Shown: in pieces, positions 60,205 to 64,000 of the stretch
Layout: every line of letters starts with the position of its first letter
How positions within the stretch are numbered: the stretch's first letter is position 1
Origin: an uncultured Acidobacteriota bacterium
GTDB lineage: Bacteria > Acidobacteriota > UBA6911
Length of the DNA: 64,000 nucleotides
Direction: 5' to 3'
NCBI GenBank assembly: GCA_963827655.1
Contig: CAWHCF010000008.1
Span: 32,001 to 96,000, forward strand
The notes under the pieces: generated by a model
The model's database searches: none
What the model was told of the DNA's origin: nothing
The model's input: only the letters and a program-made list of their open reading frames with translations
Made by a program: the position numbers and the translations under genes

Positions 60205-62571
60205 GTGGCGCCTCGAACGAGTCCGGAAGTCGGAGGAATGGGGCACTCGGTGAAACGCAAAGAGGATCCCAGGTTCATCCGCGGCAAGGGAAATTATGTC
60301 GATGACATCCAACTGCCGGGGATGGTCTATCTCGACATTGTTCGGAGTCCTTTTGCACATGCCCAGATCACGAAAATCGACACGGCCAGGGCTCTGGCCA
60401 TCCCGGGGGTGCTGGCCGTAATTACAGGCAGGGATCTGGAGAAATACAATTTGCACTGGATGCCGACGCTCATGTCGGACACGCAGATGGTCCTTCCCGT
60501 CGAAAAGGTGATGTTTCAGTCACAGGAGGTGGCTGCAGTCATAGCGACAGACCGCTACATCGCCGCGGATGGTGTGGAAGCCGTCGAGGTTGATTACGAG
60601 CCGTTGCCGGTTGTCATCGATCCCTTGAAAGCTCTCGAGCCTGGAGCGCCGGTGCTTCGCACCGACAAGAAAGACAAAAAAGACAACCACATCTTCCACT
60701 GGGAAGTCGGCGACAAATCCGCCACGGACCAGGCGTTCAAGAACGCCGATGTGACTGTCAAGCAGGATATCTACCTTCCCAGGATTCATGTGGCTTCCAT
60801 CGAGACGCCTGGTTGTGTCGCGCAATTCGACAAGGTGACGGGGAAGCTGACCGTGTGGATGACGACTCAGGCGCCACACGTCATCCGTACGGTTTTCGCA
60901 CTGGTCGCGGGACACGTCGGACTTTCGGAAGAAAAAATCCGTATCATCTCTCCGGATATCGGCGGTGGCTTTGGCGGCAAGGTACCGGTGTATCCGGGCT
61001 ATGTTATCGCGGTGGCAGCCTCCGTCTTGACCGGACTTCCTGTCAAATGGGTCGAAGACCGCATGGAAAACCTGCAGGCGGATTCATTTGCCCGCGATTA
61101 CCACATGACCGCCGAACTGGCGGCCCAAAAGGATGGAACCCTGACAGCGCTGCGGATCAAGACGATCGCCGATCATGGGTATACCGATGCGGCAGCCAAC
61201 CCGTCGAAGTTCCCGGCCGGACTCTTCTCCATCTGCACCGGCTCTTACGATTTCAAGGCCGCCCACGTTCAAGTCGATGGAGCGTATACCAACAAACCAC
61301 CAGGCGGCATTGCCTACCGTTGCTCATTTCGCGTGACGGAAGCGGCGCACGCGATTGAACGCATGGTCGACATCATGTCTCACGAGCTGAAAATGGATCC
61401 GGCGGATTTCCGGTTGAAGAATTTCATCGCCGCCGACCGATTTCCATACCAATCAGTCCTGGGCTGGGAGTACGACAGCGGTAATTACGAAGGCGCTCTG
61501 CGCAAGGCCATGGAGAAAATCGGTTACGCCGAATTGCGAAAGGAACAGGCGGAGAAAAGAGCGCGCGGCGAGCTGATGGGAATCGGGATCAGCAGTTTCA
61601 CGGAAGTTGTCGGGGCAGGCCCTTCGAAACACTTCGATATTCTTGGCCTGAAGATGTTCGACTCCTGCGAGATTCGAATACATCCGACAGGAAAAGCCAT
61701 AGCCCGCTTCGGTACCAAGTCGCAGGGCCAGGGTCACGAGACGACATACGCCCAGATTGTCGCTGAAGAGATCGGAATACCGATGGAACACATCATGATA
61801 GAGGAAGGCGACACGGATACGGCTCCCTATGGTCTCGGCACCTACGCCAGCCGCAGTACACCAACGGCCGGCGCTGCAGGCTCCATGGCCGCGCGGAAAA
61901 TCCGCGAGAAAGCGAGAAAGATCGCGGCACACCTGTTGGAAGCCCGCGAAGACGACCTCGAATGGGAACCGGGAAAGTTCTTTGTGCGTGGGAATCCCAC
62001 GAGGGCAAAGACCATTCAAGAGATTGCGCTGGCTGCATATACCAACCATCCGCAAGGGATGGAGGCAGGTCTTGAAGCCGTGTCGTACTATGACCCACCC
62101 AACCTGACCTTTCCGTTCGGGAGTTATATTTGTGTTGTGGACATTGACAAAGGCACAGGCGAGGTCAAGATCCGGCGCTTTGTGGCGATTGATGACTGCG
62201 GAAACATCATCAATCCAATGATCGTCGAAGGGCAAATCCACGGCGGGCTCACCATGGGTCTGGCTCCGGCCCTGTTCGAAGAGATCAATTACGACGAAGA
62301 GGGGAACATCCAGGGAGGGAGCTTCATGGATTACCTGCTGCCGACAGCCGTCGAGACGCCGAAATGGGAAACGGGCCTGACATGCACTCCTTCGCCTCAT
62401 CATCCCTTAGGAGCCAAAGGCGTCGGAGAGTCCGCCACCGTAGGCGCGCCTCCTGCGATTGTGAATGCCGTCGTGGACGCGCTATGGCATCTTGGAGTGC
62501 GCCACATCGATATCCCGATCACGCCTGCAAAAGTCTGGCAATGCCTCCGTATGCACGGTGTGACGGAGTAA
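60205..62571 (+). CDS. coxL: Form I aerobic (Mo-Cu) CO dehydrogenase large subunit
   Basis: Form I active-site motif AYRCSFR at 61312-61332; GGGFGGKV and QGQGHETT; M-S-L gene order. Confidence 0.96.
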   Translation: MAPRTSPEVGGMGHSVKRKEDPRFIRGKGNYVDDIQLPGMVYLDIVRSPFAHAQITKIDTARALAIPGVLAVITGRDLEKYNLHWMPTLMSDTQMVLPVEKVMFQSQEVAAVIATDRYIAADGVEAVEVDYEPLPVVIDPLKALEPGAPVLRTDKKDKKDNHIFHWEVGDKSATDQAFKNADVTVKQDIYLPRIHVASIETPGCVAQFDKVTGKLTVWMTTQAPHVIRTVFALVAGHVGLSEEKIRIISPDIGGGFGGKVPVYPGYVIAVAASVLTGLPVKWVEDRMENLQADSFARDYHMTAELAAQKDGTLTALRIKTIADHGYTDAAANPSKFPAGLFSICTGSYDFKAAHVQVDGAYTNKPPGGIAYRCSFRVTEAAHAIERMVDIMSHELKMDPADFRLKNFIAADRFPYQSVLGWEYDSGNYEGALRKAMEKIGYAELRKEQAEKRARGELMGIGISSFTEVVGAGPSKHFDILGLKMFDSCEIRIHPTGKAIARFGTKSQGQGHETTYAQIVAEEIGIPMEHIMIEEGDTDTAPYGLGTYASRSTPTAGAAGSMAARKIREKARKIAAHLLEAREDDLEWEPGKFFVRGNPTRAKTIQEIALAAYTNHPQGMEAGLEAVSYYDPPNLTFPFGSYICVVDIDKGTGEVKIRRFVAIDDCGNIINPMIVEGQIHGGLTMGLAPALFEEINYDEEGNIQGGSFMDYLLPTAVETPKWETGLTCTPSPHHPLGAKGVGESATVGAPPAIVNAVVDALWHLGVRHIDIPITPAKVWQCLRMHGVTE

Positions 62572-62588
62572 CTTTCAGGAGCGCTTGT

Positions 62589-63564
62589 TTGAACAACTGG
62601 GTTCTGCGAAAAGCCCAGGAGCTGTCGGCTCAGGGCGTCCCGTTTGCGCTGGCTACTGTCGTGCGTCGTGAGCGACCCACATCGAGCGAGCCCGGCGACA
62701 AAGCGATCATCACGGCCGACGGCGACCTGACGGGTTGGGTCGGAGGGAGTTGTGCTCAGCCCACCGTGGTGAAGGAAGCACAAGGAGCAATCGCCGATGG
62801 TGAGCCGAGGCTCGTGGTCATCACGCCGAATCCGGCCGAACAAGCCCGGGAAGGAGCCATTCTTTATCACATGAGCTGTTACAGCGGCGGCACACTGGAG
62901 ATTCACATAGAGCCTTATTTGCCCGAACCACAACTGGTCGTTTGTGGCGCTTCGCCCGCAGCACAGGCGCTGGTAAGAATCGGGAAAGCCGTCGGCTTCC
63001 AGGTGGTTTTGATTGATCCCACGGCGGTTGAAGAAAAGTTTACCGGACGCCGACCTTGTTCTCACCCGAGTCGAGAAGGAAAGACTGCCTCCTTGTCGCG
63101 AGCGTTATGCAGTAGTCGCCACGATGGGCAACTGGGATGATCAGGCTGTGGTGGAACTCCTGACTCTACATCCGGATTACATCGGTGTGATCGCCAGCAA
63201 GAAGCGTTTTCGACAAATGATGCAAAGTATCCATCCGGATGGTATTTCGCAGGAAAAGTTGGATTCGATCAGGTGTCCGGCGGGCCTCGATATCCCGGTG
63301 CGGACTCTCCAGGAGATTGCTTTGAGCGTCGTAGCGGAGATTGTTTCCATTCGGCGCAGGAGTGCACTCCAGGCTGCGCCCGTCGCGGCGCAGTCGGAAT
63401 TCACCATGGTCGAAGATCCGGTCTGTCACATGACCGTCGATGCTCGCACAACCCAGACGACGTTCCAGTTTGAGAGCGTCGTGTACTACTTCTGCAGCGC
63501 GCATTGCAAAAACAGCTTTGAAAAGAATCCGCGCGCATACATATCGGTGGAGGCAAAAGCGTGA
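62589..63564 (+). CDS. XdhC/CoxF family maturation factor with C-terminal YHS (TRASH-like) domain (indel near 63045)
   Basis: GWVGGSCAQ, CYSGG and PAGLDI...EIALS, then DPVCHMTV...YYFCSAHC. Confidence 0.85.
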
Positions 63565-64000
63565 GCGTTTGCGTCTCCGGTTTAGTTCTGGCGGCAGGGA
63601 CGTCGAGTCGACTGGGGGCGCCGAAGCAGTTGCTGCCCTGGCGCGGCACGACTCTTTTGGAATGGGTTGTTCGACAAGCGGAGAATTCGCCTCTGGATGA
63701 GGTGATTGTCATCGTTGGCCATGAATCGGCGGCGGTGAGGCATAAGGTTGGCTTCGAACGCGCGCGCATTGTGGAAGCGCCGGATTTTCATGAAGGTTGT
63801 AGTGCCTCCATCCGAGCTGGCCTTGAGGAGGTCAGCCCGAATGCAGAAGCTGCAGTGTTAATCCTCGGAGATCAGCCCGGAATCCAGTCGGCCGCCTTAG
63901 CCGCCGTCATTGAAGGATGGCGCAATATCCAATCGCCGGTCGTTCGTATTTCGTATCGGGGCCAGCCGGGGCATCCCGTACTGTTAAGCAAAACGATTTT
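63561..64000 (+). CDS. Molybdenum cofactor cytidylyltransferase (MocA-like), 3' truncated
   Basis: LVLAAGTSSRLGAPKQLL, LGDQP and GHPVL; GTGA overlap with the previous gene. Confidence 0.85.
   Translation, partial: MSVCVSGLVLAAGTSSRLGAPKQLLPWRGTTLLEWVVRQAENSPLDEVIVIVGHESAAVRHKVGFERARIVEAPDFHEGCSASIRAGLEEVSPNAEAAVLILGDQPGIQSAALAAVIEGWRNIQSPVVRISYRGQPGHPVLLSKTI

Overview
This GC-rich bacterial window is most likely from an Acidobacteriota genome: RpoB carries a Cys-rich N-terminal insert, the tmRNA tag is ADTQLALAA, and the gene content fits. It has many single-base frameshifts, including in essential genes (secA, tuf, rpoB, rpoC), so I read the indels as long-read or assembly errors, not pseudogenes. 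From left to right it holds: the end of a DUF1552 gene, a sulfatase, a membrane protein and tmRNA; M23 peptidase-secA-guaB-ECF sigma/anti-sigma leading into a type II secretion cluster (gspE-F-G-H-I-J-K-L-M-C-D, no gspO); a reverse-strand FG-GAP/TPR/anti-sigma/ECF unit; and a DUF1573 protein. Next come a tandem ~2.2 kb duplication of a complete transcription unit for a ~615 aa secreted, S-layer-like protein and five glycosyltransferases (three GT2, two GT-C). The right part has the tRNA-tuf-rpmG-secE-nusG-rplKAJL-rpoBC core, a methyltransferase, a class A beta-lactamase-like protein and a form I aerobic CO dehydrogenase locus (coxE-coxD divergent from coxMSL, coxF-YHS, mocA). Two families of palindromic intergenic elements, built from 7-mer and 8-mer tandem repeats, recur throughout. 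The best candidate for an undescribed system is the ~31 kb envelope locus (ECF-controlled T2SS, duplicated secreted surface protein, GT-C glycosylation), possibly a T2SS-exported glycosylated S-layer.
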